A DNA stretch of 64,000 nt from positions 1 through 64,000 of IMG/VR virus record IMGVR_UViG_3300045988_119718. One strand, written 5' to 3'. The number at the start of each line of letters is the position of its first letter. Positions within the stretch are counted from its first letter, which is position 1. A model generated the notes under the pieces. That model worked only from the letters and a program-made list of their open reading frames with translations, was not told the origin of the DNA and ran no database searches. Positions 50,124 through 58,585 of the stretch are shown in pieces. The stretch comes from a virus. The position numbers and the translations under genes are program-made.

Positions 50124-51305
50124 TTAAAACTCTGAGCTAGGAACTACAATCTTTTTTACTTTCTTAAATGTACCATTTTCAGATTCTACTACAGTAGGAT
50201 TAGCACCAAGAGAATTAAAGAAATCTTCTTTAGCAGAATTAATATTCTTTTCTTTTTCTGATTTAGTAAGAGTATCAAATTCATTAGCTTCAGTAGAGAA
50301 GTTCTTACTAAAGAATTCATCCTTAGATACATCTACAGATGCTCTAGTATTAATGAAATCATTATAAACTTCTTCAATATCTTCTACCGGCATCTTAAGC
50401 CCAGAGATAATAAACTGAATGGTATTATCTTCATGAACATTCTGGATGTGAGAGAAGCTTTCATACGGCACACCATATCTATCTTTCAGTACTTTATTAG
50501 AATAATCTACAAAGTAGGATTCTTTATCACTGATATCCAAGATAGTACCAAAGCGTTTGCATGTAGGTTCGGTGGTAAGAGACTTAGAATCATCTGTAGC
50601 AGAAATAAGTCTCTTATTATAGTCATCTACATTTTTAATCTTATTCAGATTAGCAGATTCAATGACCATAAACCCTGGGGTATTAACAAGTTTAAGCAAG
50701 TCAGATTCATCAATATTCTGCTTAGACTCAGTAATAGTACCGCCTAAAAGAATTTTAATATTTTCACAGAATTTCTTATTTGCTAATTCTTCTGCTTTAA
50801 GTCTATTACCATAAGCTTCATCCAAGAATTTCTTATTAGAAATAGCTTCTACAGTATAAGACGGATCAAGTTCTTTAAACAGGTCTACTGTATTCTTCAA
50901 TCCTCTTACATCATCTTCAAATCCTGTAAAGATACAGAAATGAATATGAGTTTTATACACAGAAGAAATATATTTAGCAAGCATAATGCATGCACCAGAG
51001 CCAGTACCGCCTTCAGCACTGGTAACAATAATAGTCATAGCATCTTTATCATCGTATGGATAATCAAATTTATTTGTTTTAAGATTTTCCATCATGATAT
51101 TATTAGCTACAGAACGTTCTTTGGCACAGCCTTTATAAAGACCTTCCAGTTCTACTGCATGTTCACGATATTCCATAGGGATATCTTTCAATGTAGTATT
51201 TACAAGCATAATACTATTCTGCAATTCAGGGATTTCGTTCATAAGTTCAATAGCTGCCTTGTTACCAGCAGCACCAATTCCGATAATTTTTGCATTGAGC
51301 ATCAT
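50124..51305 (-). CDS. tubulin/FtsZ-family GTPase (PhuZ/TubZ-like phage tubulin)
   Basis: T1 loop KIIGIGAAGNKAA; tubulin signature SAEGGTGSGA (GGGTGSG-like); 393 aa; SD AAAGGAGAAAATTATT-ATG. Confidence 0.7.
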   Translation of the reverse strand: MMLNAKIIGIGAAGNKAAIELMNEIPELQNSIMLVNTTLKDIPMEYREHAVELEGLYKGCAKERSVANNIMMENLKTNKFDYPYDDKDAMTIIVTSAEGGTGSGACIMLAKYISSVYKTHIHFCIFTGFEDDVRGLKNTVDLFKELDPSYTVEAISNKKFLDEAYGNRLKAEELANKKFCENIKILLGGTITESKQNIDESDLLKLVNTPGFMVIESANLNKIKNVDDYNKRLISATDDSKSLTTEPTCKRFGTILDISDKESYFVDYSNKVLKDRYGVPYESFSHIQNVHEDNTIQFIISGLKMPVEDIEEVYNDFINTRASVDVSKDEFFSKNFSTEANEFDTLTKSEKEKNINSAKEDFFNSLGANPTVVESENGTFKKVKKIVVPSSEF

Positions 51306-51355
51306 AATAATTTTCTCCTTTACTAATAAAATTTTATAATTACATTAAGGTTATA

Positions 51356-51937
51356 TTAGTCTTTAACTTTAATCCTAATAGTGTATTTATTGATAAATTC
51401 AATGAATGCGTTTCTCACAAAATCATCTTCATAAACTCCATTAGGATCTTTAAGCTTGTATAATTCAATAAATGCTCTACTATATACAGGTCCTCTATCA
51501 TTAAAAATTTCTACTATTTTATGAATAAATTTCTTATCACACTTACTAATAGCATATTTATCATAATAGTGATCTTTTTCATAAAACTTTCGTACATCAT
51601 AATTTGTCTCATAATAATCTAATACATCGTATGAAGAAATATAAAGCGAATCATCATTTTCACTACGTTTACAGAAATCGCAAACAAATAATGAACGGTC
51701 AAATTCTGCTAAATAACAACCATAAACTATATACATGATTATGAATAGCTTCTCGGTACACAAATAATATGAGTTATTATATTTATTACCAAAACGCTTG
51801 TACTTTTTATAGTTATAATGGCAAATTTCTTTAGCTATACTAATAGCATCATAATATTTCCATGCCATAGTTATTGGTACTCCGTCTACTTTATACCTCA
51901 AGTACCAATCTAAAGTTACTACTTTAGTCTTTCCCAT
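51356..51937 (-). CDS. hypothetical Cys/Tyr-rich protein (193 aa)
   Basis: ORF track. Confidence 0.45.
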   Translation of the reverse strand: MGKTKVVTLDWYLRYKVDGVPITMAWKYYDAISIAKEICHYNYKKYKRFGNKYNNSYYLCTEKLFIIMYIVYGCYLAEFDRSLFVCDFCKRSENDDSLYISSYDVLDYYETNYDVRKFYEKDHYYDKYAISKCDKKFIHKIVEIFNDRGPVYSRAFIELYKLKDPNGVYEDDFVRNAFIEFINKYTIRIKVKD

Positions 51938-51953
51938 AATAATGCTCCTTTGT

Positions 51954-52919
51954 TTACAATGCTTGAATAGATTTATTCATAACACTAGAGATCTTGTATG
52001 CCCAATTAGGATCTGTAGCGTAATTACCATTCTTCATAGATTGCAATGTAGTATAACCATTCTTGTAGAAGTTATTACTAATCCATACGGCTCCGTTAAT
52101 AATACCCGCATCAATATCATTGCCCATTACATAACCAGCATTGGGGTTAGCATCAACACAATTAATACCAAAATAATTATGTCGGTTTCTTGCCATATAG
52201 CTTGTTCCCCAGCCAGATTCAATAGCTGCATGTGCTAAAATATAAATAGGATTTAGCCCAGATGCTTTAGATGCTTTGATAAACGCATCTCCTTTATTCT
52301 TAAACTGAGATTGAATACCCATATGCATAATCCAATAATCAATAATCTTATTCATATCTTTAGATGTGATTTTCATATTGCTATTTGATAAATCAGAGTT
52401 TACGTCATATCCAGTACTCTTAATATATGAAATATTGGTAGCATGCTCCTCCAATGTCTTTTTCATAGTTTCATCTTGTTGTTTTTGTCTTTCTTCAATA
52501 CGCTGCTGTTGCTTTTGAATTTCTACTAAAATATTATATACTTTTTGATTAGCAGTATTATCTTCAGACAACTGATCTTCAATATTAGTTACTCTAGTAT
52601 CAATAATAGATACTTTACCCCAAAGTAAAAAGTTAATGATAATAAAAGCTACAACTAAAAATACTGTAATTAACCGTTCCAGAATAAGTTTCTTCTTGGA
52701 TACATTTGTTAAGTTTTGCATAACTATTCTCTCCTTAAAGATAATAAATATTAAAGTAAATAAACTATATACGATAAAAAGAACTAGAGAGCAATCTCTA
52801 GTTCTTGTAAATAGGGAATTATAAATCTCTTGTTGGAGATTATTTGTTATCGTTCTTTTCTTCTTTTTTAGATTTACGATAAGCTTCCTGATCTTTCTCA
52901 TTAAGCTCATCCACACCAA
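51954..52919 (-). CDS. membrane-anchored peptidoglycan hydrolase (glucosaminidase/FlgJ-LytD-type domain) with an N-terminal TM helix and a coiled-coil linker
   Basis: N-terminal LVLFIVYSLFTLIFIIF and ITVFLVVAFIIINFLLW; C-terminal NPIYILAHAAIESGWGTS..NYFGI.. glucosaminidase signature. Confidence 0.65.
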   Translation of the reverse strand: MVWMSLMRKIRKLIVNLKKKKRTITNNLQQEIYNSLFTRTRDCSLVLFIVYSLFTLIFIIFKERIVMQNLTNVSKKKLILERLITVFLVVAFIIINFLLWGKVSIIDTRVTNIEDQLSEDNTANQKVYNILVEIQKQQQRIEERQKQQDETMKKTLEEHATNISYIKSTGYDVNSDLSNSNMKITSKDMNKIIDYWIMHMGIQSQFKNKGDAFIKASKASGLNPIYILAHAAIESGWGTSYMARNRHNYFGINCVDANPNAGYVMGNDIDAGIINGAVWISNNFYKNGYTTLQSMKNGNYATDPNWAYKISSVMNKSIQAL

Positions 52920-53065
52920 TACCTAAATCACCAACTTCAGTGATTACGGAAATCTTTTCATCATTTTCATTCATGATATTTCACTTCCTTTCTAAAATTA
53001 ATAACTTGTTAAACTAAATTTCTAATTTAAAACTTCATAATTATAATATATAACTTAAGCTAGTA

Positions 53066-53833
53066 TTAACTTTCTCTTCTAACTTTATTATTATTTCTAA
53101 TATCAGAAGTATAAGGTAGCATATAACTATCCTTAATAGTAATAAGATTGCTCATAACACCTGCACCTAACAGATATACATTCAATGTATTTCTAGCAGT
53201 AGAGTCTGTTTTAGAAACTTCTACATCATTTAACGAAACCATATTCTTTTCAGCAATCGTAGAATAGAACTCATCCTTAGCTTTTACTGTATCTGCTCTA
53301 TAAGTAGCTAATTCTCTCATGGTATTAGATAAACCCATTACAGCAAGACATTCCATTTCTCTATCAGATGTATTACCATTCTTATCTTTATTGATTAATC
53401 TACCACTCTTCATATTTCTTTCATCAGTATTAATAGACATAGAGTTCTTTTTAGCTAAGAACTGCTTCATCTTCTTCAATGGAGCATAGACAACTAATGC
53501 TTCATAATTAGTCTTTACTGGCTTACCATCATTACTGGTATATATAAATGGTAAATATACTTTTTCCATCAAAGGTACATTTAAAGTTTTAGCCGCTTTT
53601 TCTATTTGATACATCTTTGGTTCAATATCAAACAATTTCATTTGAAACTTCAGTGGAAATTCTTGTTTAAAATATTCATAGAACTGTTTATCAGACATAG
53701 AAGCAAACTTCTTTTTATACCAAGAACTATTTGCATTGGATGGGTCTAATATATCCATAATCTTATAAATAAGATTCTCTACTTCTTTTCTAGCTTTTTT
53801 TATATTCTGTTGTGATTCTAATACAGCTTCCAT
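53066..53833 (-). CDS. hypothetical protein (255 aa)
   Basis: ORF track. Confidence 0.45.
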   Translation of the reverse strand: MEAVLESQQNIKKARKEVENLIYKIMDILDPSNANSSWYKKKFASMSDKQFYEYFKQEFPLKFQMKLFDIEPKMYQIEKAAKTLNVPLMEKVYLPFIYTSNDGKPVKTNYEALVVYAPLKKMKQFLAKKNSMSINTDERNMKSGRLINKDKNGNTSDREMECLAVMGLSNTMRELATYRADTVKAKDEFYSTIAEKNMVSLNDVEVSKTDSTARNTLNVYLLGAGVMSNLITIKDSYMLPYTSDIRNNNKVRRES

Positions 53834-54000
53834 ATTATCACCTCATAAAACGAATACCAATTATTTTTATGTTTTTAGAATTAAGATGCTCACTATTTTT
53901 AAAAAAATAATTACGATATAACAATATAGTGAAGACAAAAATATATTTACCCCAATCTCATTCTATGTCTTCACTTTCTTACAACTTCCCATAATAATAA

Positions 54001-54040
54001 GTATATAACATCTAGCTTATATAAGCTAGATGTTATATAC
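54001..54040. promoter_or_regulatory. perfect 40-bp palindrome in a divergent promoter region; candidate operator
   Basis: GTATATAACATCTAGCTTATATAAGCTAGATGTTATATAC, ~30 bp upstream of the start at 54072; an additional inverted repeat AGTGAAGACA(28 nt)TGTCTTCACT lies at 53928-53975. Confidence 0.5.
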
Positions 54041-54071
54041 CGTTGATAACTTTTATGTAAGAGGTGATAAA

Positions 54072-55166
54072 ATGAAAACTTATAATGAAGCATATGTATT
54101 TAAAAAACCTAGAACGTTATTAACCATTGAAAATGAAATAAGAAAAATAAAAATTAAATGGGAAGATAAAATAGATCCAAAAACTGGATCTACTATAAAT
54201 AAAGAAGATAAACCAAAACTTATAAAAGATTTAAGATCATTATGTAAAATTACATATAGAGAATTAGTTAAAGAATTTAACTTTGGTAAAAAGTTTGATT
54301 TTCTTGTAGAAATAGATGATATTGTAAATGCTTGGTCTAGTGATTTTACTTATAAAAACATAGAGTTATCTAACTATAAAAATATTATAGAAATATCTCC
54401 TGATAAGAGAATGAGATTTAAAAATAGAGATATTTGTAATGCTACAGTAACTTTTACTACAGATATTATATTCAATAAAGAAATGAAAGCTGATTACTTA
54501 GTAGCTATTATGCTGCATGAAATAGGTCATATATTTAGTTTCTTATTCTTCAAATTAAATGCTGAATTAAATCTTTTGCAAAATATTTTATTTAATAAAT
54601 TGACTGATAAAGAACTTGTAGAGAAATATAATAATCTTAATAAAAAAGAACAAAGAAAAACTGATAACAAAGCAAATGCTTTAGGTGTATATTTTTTCGA
54701 TAATATGGATTCTCAAGAAGGTGAAAAGTTTGCAGATCACTTTGCGGCATATTATGGATATGGATATGAACTAGCTCAAGGCTTAGCTTTATTCTTTAAA
54801 ATTAATGGGTATATGAAACCAGAAGGGGTATTAAACACATTAACTTTCGATTTAAATTTAGTTTTAACTGATTTATTGGTAAACAACTATCCTAATACTT
54901 TTAATAGATTAAACTATATTCTTAACGCTATGAAGAGAGAATTAAAATACAACAAATCTCTTACCAAAAAACAAAAACAAGAATTATTAGAAAAAATAAA
55001 TAATATCAATAAGCTTAATGCTGAGTTGTATAATACTAAACATTCTAGAACTCCATATGGATTATTACGCAATGTAATATATTCAAATAAAGTAGGTCAA
55101 ACTAAAGACTTAGATAATAGATACAATCAGTTATTAGATGATTATGTAGATAAGAAATTGTTTTAA
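54072..55166 (+). CDS. HExxH-motif protein, a putative zinc metallopeptidase-like protein
   Basis: AIMLHEIGHIFSF; SD AGAGGTGATAAA-ATG. Confidence 0.45.
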   Translation: MKTYNEAYVFKKPRTLLTIENEIRKIKIKWEDKIDPKTGSTINKEDKPKLIKDLRSLCKITYRELVKEFNFGKKFDFLVEIDDIVNAWSSDFTYKNIELSNYKNIIEISPDKRMRFKNRDICNATVTFTTDIIFNKEMKADYLVAIMLHEIGHIFSFLFFKLNAELNLLQNILFNKLTDKELVEKYNNLNKKEQRKTDNKANALGVYFFDNMDSQEGEKFADHFAAYYGYGYELAQGLALFFKINGYMKPEGVLNTLTFDLNLVLTDLLVNNYPNTFNRLNYILNAMKRELKYNKSLTKKQKQELLEKINNINKLNAELYNTKHSRTPYGLLRNVIYSNKVGQTKDLDNRYNQLLDDYVDKKLF

Positions 55167-55200
55167 ATAAAAAAAAGAAAGGTTAGCAAATGAGACTAAC

Positions 55201-55232
55201 CGTAACTAGCTAATGAGACTAGTTTACTTTTT
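55201..55232 (+). terminator. intrinsic terminator for the plus-strand gene
   Basis: CTAGCTAATGAGACTAG hairpin followed by TTTACTTTTT; preceded by a second hairpin GGTTAGCAAATGAGACTAACC. Confidence 0.5.
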
Positions 55233-55323
55233 CTTCGGAATTTTGTGCTTACTATGTCCTTATGCATTCAGACAAAAGAATGCATTTGACTCTTCGGCAC
55301 CCGTAGTAGCTCACCATGAGTGA

Positions 55324-55539
55324 TCATACATCATGATCGTTCATGGTGTTCAGTGCAGCCACATACATGACTACATTAGCCATGTAGTCATGTGCATGTT
55401 CGAGGTCGATGAAGGAACCATCGTTAGCCTCGAGCTGAGCCAAAATGCTATTAAGGCTACTAATAGCACATTTGGTTTCGCACTTAGCTATCTTGAGATT
55501 TTTGAGTTTCAGCTTCTCAAGATCTACGGAGTTTGCCAT
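55324..55539 (-). CDS. small GC-rich (~50% GC) helical protein (71 aa from the Met with an SD)
   Basis: AAGGAGGTGACTATAAT-ATG; GC content about double the genome background. Confidence 0.5.
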   Translation of the reverse strand: MANSVDLEKLKLKNLKIAKCETKCAISSLNSILAQLEANDGSFIDLEHAHDYMANVVMYVAALNTMNDHDV

Positions 55540-55628
55540 ATTATAGTCACCTCCTTTTCTAATAAAATACAACTATGAATATGGATTCACTATAATATTA
55601 TATAAGTATAGAAATATAATATTACAAA

Positions 55629-55660
55629 ATTTAGAGACTGGTATATACCAGTCTCTAAAT
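55629..55660. terminator. terminator hairpin with a GGTATATACC core
   Basis: perfect 32-bp palindrome ATTTAGAGACTGGTATATACCAGTCTCTAAAT followed by CATTTTTATTTATT. Confidence 0.6.
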
Positions 55661-55665
55661 CATTT

Positions 55666-56844
55666 TTATTTATTAGCCTGATAGATTGACATTGCTAAGT
55701 ACATTAATAATGCTTTATTATAATTATTTCTAGTTGCTAATCTGTGTTTTCTCTTTCTGTATAATACAGAACCAGTATTAAGCCAATTATCTATGATACT
55801 CTTTAATTCTAACACATGCTCATCTTTAGTATTAGGTTTAGGTGTAATACTATAGGTAATAAAATTCATAGTAAGTATATTTTTATCTTTAGACTGTTCA
55901 AAGTATGTATATACTAAAATACTTATAGCTTTACGAACTAATATCATATTATTCTTATCATTCAGTATAGATTCTATAATAGACTTTAGTTCCTCAGTCT
56001 TTACTGTAGTATTAGATGATAATTTACATAGCTTATAATCAGCACCACTAGCTACTATGAAAGACATAGTTCTTTGTATTACTTTCTCTGCTTTAAATGA
56101 ATCTGAAGATGCTAAATGATAATCGCCACCATTATTCTTAGGATCTTCATTATCAGAGTTATAGACAATGTAGTCTTTATTCTCATATGCTTTATAATAT
56201 GCTTTAGCTATATTAATCATAAAGCTTCTAATTCTAGAGTGTAATTGCCCTATAAGATATACTACATCTTCATCTGAATAACTAATAAATCTTTTCTCAT
56301 AAGTTTTAACCCAAGTTTGGCAAATACTCATTATAGCTGCAAATAGATTACCTTTAGATTTTAATACGAATTTATTATTCAGCATATTATTGATTACATA
56401 TTCCATTACGAAGTCTTGTGGTACTACTTTAGGGAAAGACATATAATGGATACTAGGATAGAATTTACCTGAGAATGCTAAATAGATCATAGATATATCT
56501 AATGATTTATTATCTTTCTTTAATAAGAAATATCTAATTATAGTCAGCATTAATACAGTTAATTCATCTTTAGCTGCTCTAGGGTTAAAGTTAGCTTGAG
56601 GCCCATAATAGGTATTAGATATAGCATCTTTAACTACTTTCTTTTCTATATTCACAGCTTCAAACATTTTAGTTATATCTGATTCTCTATAATATAATCT
56701 GTCTAATGGAGCAGTTTTAAATAATTCTTCATGCCTATCTGTAATAAAAGTTGATAAACAGGTTTTATATTGTGATAATCGTTTAGGCAATATGCTCTCT
56801 ATTTTAGTATAAACATTATCTTTTATAGATGATTTGTTAGCCAT
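55666..56844 (-). CDS. hypothetical protein (392 aa)
   Basis: ORF track. Confidence 0.45.
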   Translation of the reverse strand: MANKSSIKDNVYTKIESILPKRLSQYKTCLSTFITDRHEELFKTAPLDRLYYRESDITKMFEAVNIEKKVVKDAISNTYYGPQANFNPRAAKDELTVLMLTIIRYFLLKKDNKSLDISMIYLAFSGKFYPSIHYMSFPKVVPQDFVMEYVINNMLNNKFVLKSKGNLFAAIMSICQTWVKTYEKRFISYSDEDVVYLIGQLHSRIRSFMINIAKAYYKAYENKDYIVYNSDNEDPKNNGGDYHLASSDSFKAEKVIQRTMSFIVASGADYKLCKLSSNTTVKTEELKSIIESILNDKNNMILVRKAISILVYTYFEQSKDKNILTMNFITYSITPKPNTKDEHVLELKSIIDNWLNTGSVLYRKRKHRLATRNNYNKALLMYLAMSIYQANK

Positions 56845-56938
56845 AGTACGCTCCTTTCTATATTATAATAAAGTTAAAAAATAACAAAAAATAAAGATGG
56901 TCATAGGGCCATCTTTATTTTGTTTTCTATGCTATTCT

Positions 56939-57232
56939 TTAGTGTCTAGCGATAGCATAGAAAAGTTCATTCACTTCCTCTGTTGGAAGTTTTTCCTCAG
57001 AGCTTCTTACGACATATTTGCCATCAGCTTCATATGCCGAATATACAATTCTCATCAAAGTGCTTTTAGAATTGTTCTTAAGCACCTTGAATCTGAAGTT
57101 ACTGCTAGAAGAATTTTTCTTCTTGCTTTCAACTTCAATTTCCGCATCAACGATGCGGACTCTGGAAGACATTTTCTTCATCTCAGAAAGAATGAAGTTT
57201 CTAATTAAAATAATTTTGCTGTTGTTAATCAT
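56939..57232 (-). CDS. small hypothetical protein (97 aa)
   Basis: ORF track; moderately elevated GC. Confidence 0.4.
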   Translation of the reverse strand: MINNSKIILIRNFILSEMKKMSSRVRIVDAEIEVESKKKNSSSSNFRFKVLKNNSKSTLMRIVYSAYEADGKYVVRSSEEKLPTEEVNELFYAIARH

Positions 57233-57334
57233 GATTGTTTCCTCCTTTAAGGAAAATAGTCTAGCAATGTGTTAGACTATATAACAGAATAAAAATAGAA
57301 GACCGAGATAACTCGGTCTTCATATTAACAAACT

Positions 57335-57694
57335 TTAGTACAAAACTGCACGAATGCCAGAGATTTCTCTAGCATATGCAAAGAGTTCGTGGACATGTTT
57401 ACGGTGCAAAGCGACATTTTTTTCTTTAGTCACTTTAACACCATTGCTCATTGTGGTGTGTTCACAATGAATCACATCCTGACCGACAAACTTATAATCG
57501 TTGCCAATCCACTGGATGCAGTATGATTGCATCCAGTCACTGATGATGATATACTGCTTATTGCAGCTTTCATCAGTGACGTACAGAGTAGCCTCATCGC
57601 TAAGGTTACCAATAAAATTCTTGAACAAGTCAAGAATCGACTGACTGTCTTTTTCAGACAATGCAGCTCTATTGCTTGCAATAATTTCAACCAT
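57335..57694 (-). CDS. small hypothetical protein (119 aa from the Met with an SD), elevated GC (~42%)
   Basis: AGAAAGGAAGATTATC-ATG at 57694; flanked by terminator hairpins at ~57300 and ~57790. Confidence 0.45.
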   Translation of the reverse strand: MVEIIASNRAALSEKDSQSILDLFKNFIGNLSDEATLYVTDESCNKQYIIISDWMQSYCIQWIGNDYKFVGQDVIHCEHTTMSNGVKVTKEKNVALHRKHVHELFAYAREISGIRAVLY

Positions 57695-57845
57695 GATAAT
57701 CTTCCTTTCTGAATACAAACAACTGGTAAAGTAATATTGCTTTACCTTCATATAAGTTTACTTTCTCACTATTACAAAAAATAAAGGATCGTGAATACCA
57801 CGATCCTTTATCATTAACCAAAGATTGGTTTCTGTAATAAAATCT

Positions 57846-58251
57846 TCTTATTTTTTAATGATGGATGCTAAACATGCAATTCTTTCAGCATGAGTAAAGA
57901 GTGCCTTAGCACAGTCACATGGCATTACACAAACTGTAGATTTCTCTGCTGTACCTGCTCCTTCTTTAGTGTGGTAATGAGTTGTAAATTTAATGTAGGC
58001 ATTATGATCTGATGATTCATCAACAAAACCATAGTTTTTCCATTCAATGATATGATATGTATCAGATTTAGCGAAAAAAGATGTTTTAGTTGCATCATCA
58101 TTATCGTAACCATCGTAGATTTTGATGAGTTTGTTGCCTGTATCATGTTTAATGACAATTTTAGCATGTTTGGTAGAAATACTATTCAGGTAATCATTGA
58201 TGATATCGAAATACTTTTCACCATTTTTTCAATACATGTTTTGTTTTTCAT
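57846..58251 (-). pseudogene. dCMP/cytidine-deaminase-like gene interrupted by a -1 frameshift at an A6 run, with the HAE zinc-ligand motif apparently missing
   Basis: SD AAAGGAAG + ATG at 58251 gives MKNKTCIEKMVKSISISSMIT*; the -1 frame continues ..STKHAKIV..HNAYIKF..EGAGTAEKSTVCVMPCDCAKALF..IIKK*, and VCVMPCDCAKAL matches the deaminase SPCxxCAKAI; no in-frame start in the long frame. Confidence 0.5.
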
Positions 58252-58447
58252 AATAAAACTTCCTTTCTGCTCTATTATAAGAGCAACTCATAATATATTA
58301 ATAAGACTAATGCCTTATCATAGATATAATATATATATGATTTTTATATTACTTTTTATCAATCTCTGGTCAATAAAAAGTAACATTAAAGTAAGCAATG
58401 TATATTTATATAACGGTGGTGGATATATATTGCTTCATAGATAACGA

Positions 58448-58513
58448 TTAAGGTGCGGATTGTCTATCTATGGCACTGTTGTTGAATTCATCTTTCGGTG
58501 CGATTTTTTTCAT
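58448..58513 (-). CDS. mini-ORF (21 aa, MKKIAPKDEFNNSAIDRQSAP) with a canonical SD; possible leader peptide
   Basis: TAGGAGAAGTAAC-ATG; GC-richer than the surroundings; lies between the gyrA-like terminator and the deaminase-like gene. Confidence 0.3.
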   Translation of the reverse strand: MKKIAPKDEFNNSAIDRQSAP

Positions 58514-58524
58514 GTTACTTCTCC

Positions 58525-58568
58525 TAAAAATAACGGTATATACCCCTAGGCGATAGGACACGCCTAGG
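58525..58568 (-). terminator. GC-rich intrinsic terminator for the topoisomerase gene
   Basis: 17-bp stem GGTATATACCCCTAGGCG / CGCCTAGGGGTATATAC with an 8-nt loop; A-rich run on plus upstream. Confidence 0.7.
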
Positions 58569-58585
58569 GGTATATACTGCCGTAA

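Noticed and set aside
55225-55325. Possible tRNA in the GC-richer intergenic segment, which even contains ..CTCACCA
   Set aside because: No acceptor-stem/T-loop (GTTCRANYC) arrangement or cloverleaf could be drawn on either strand. Kept only as a candidate structured RNA.
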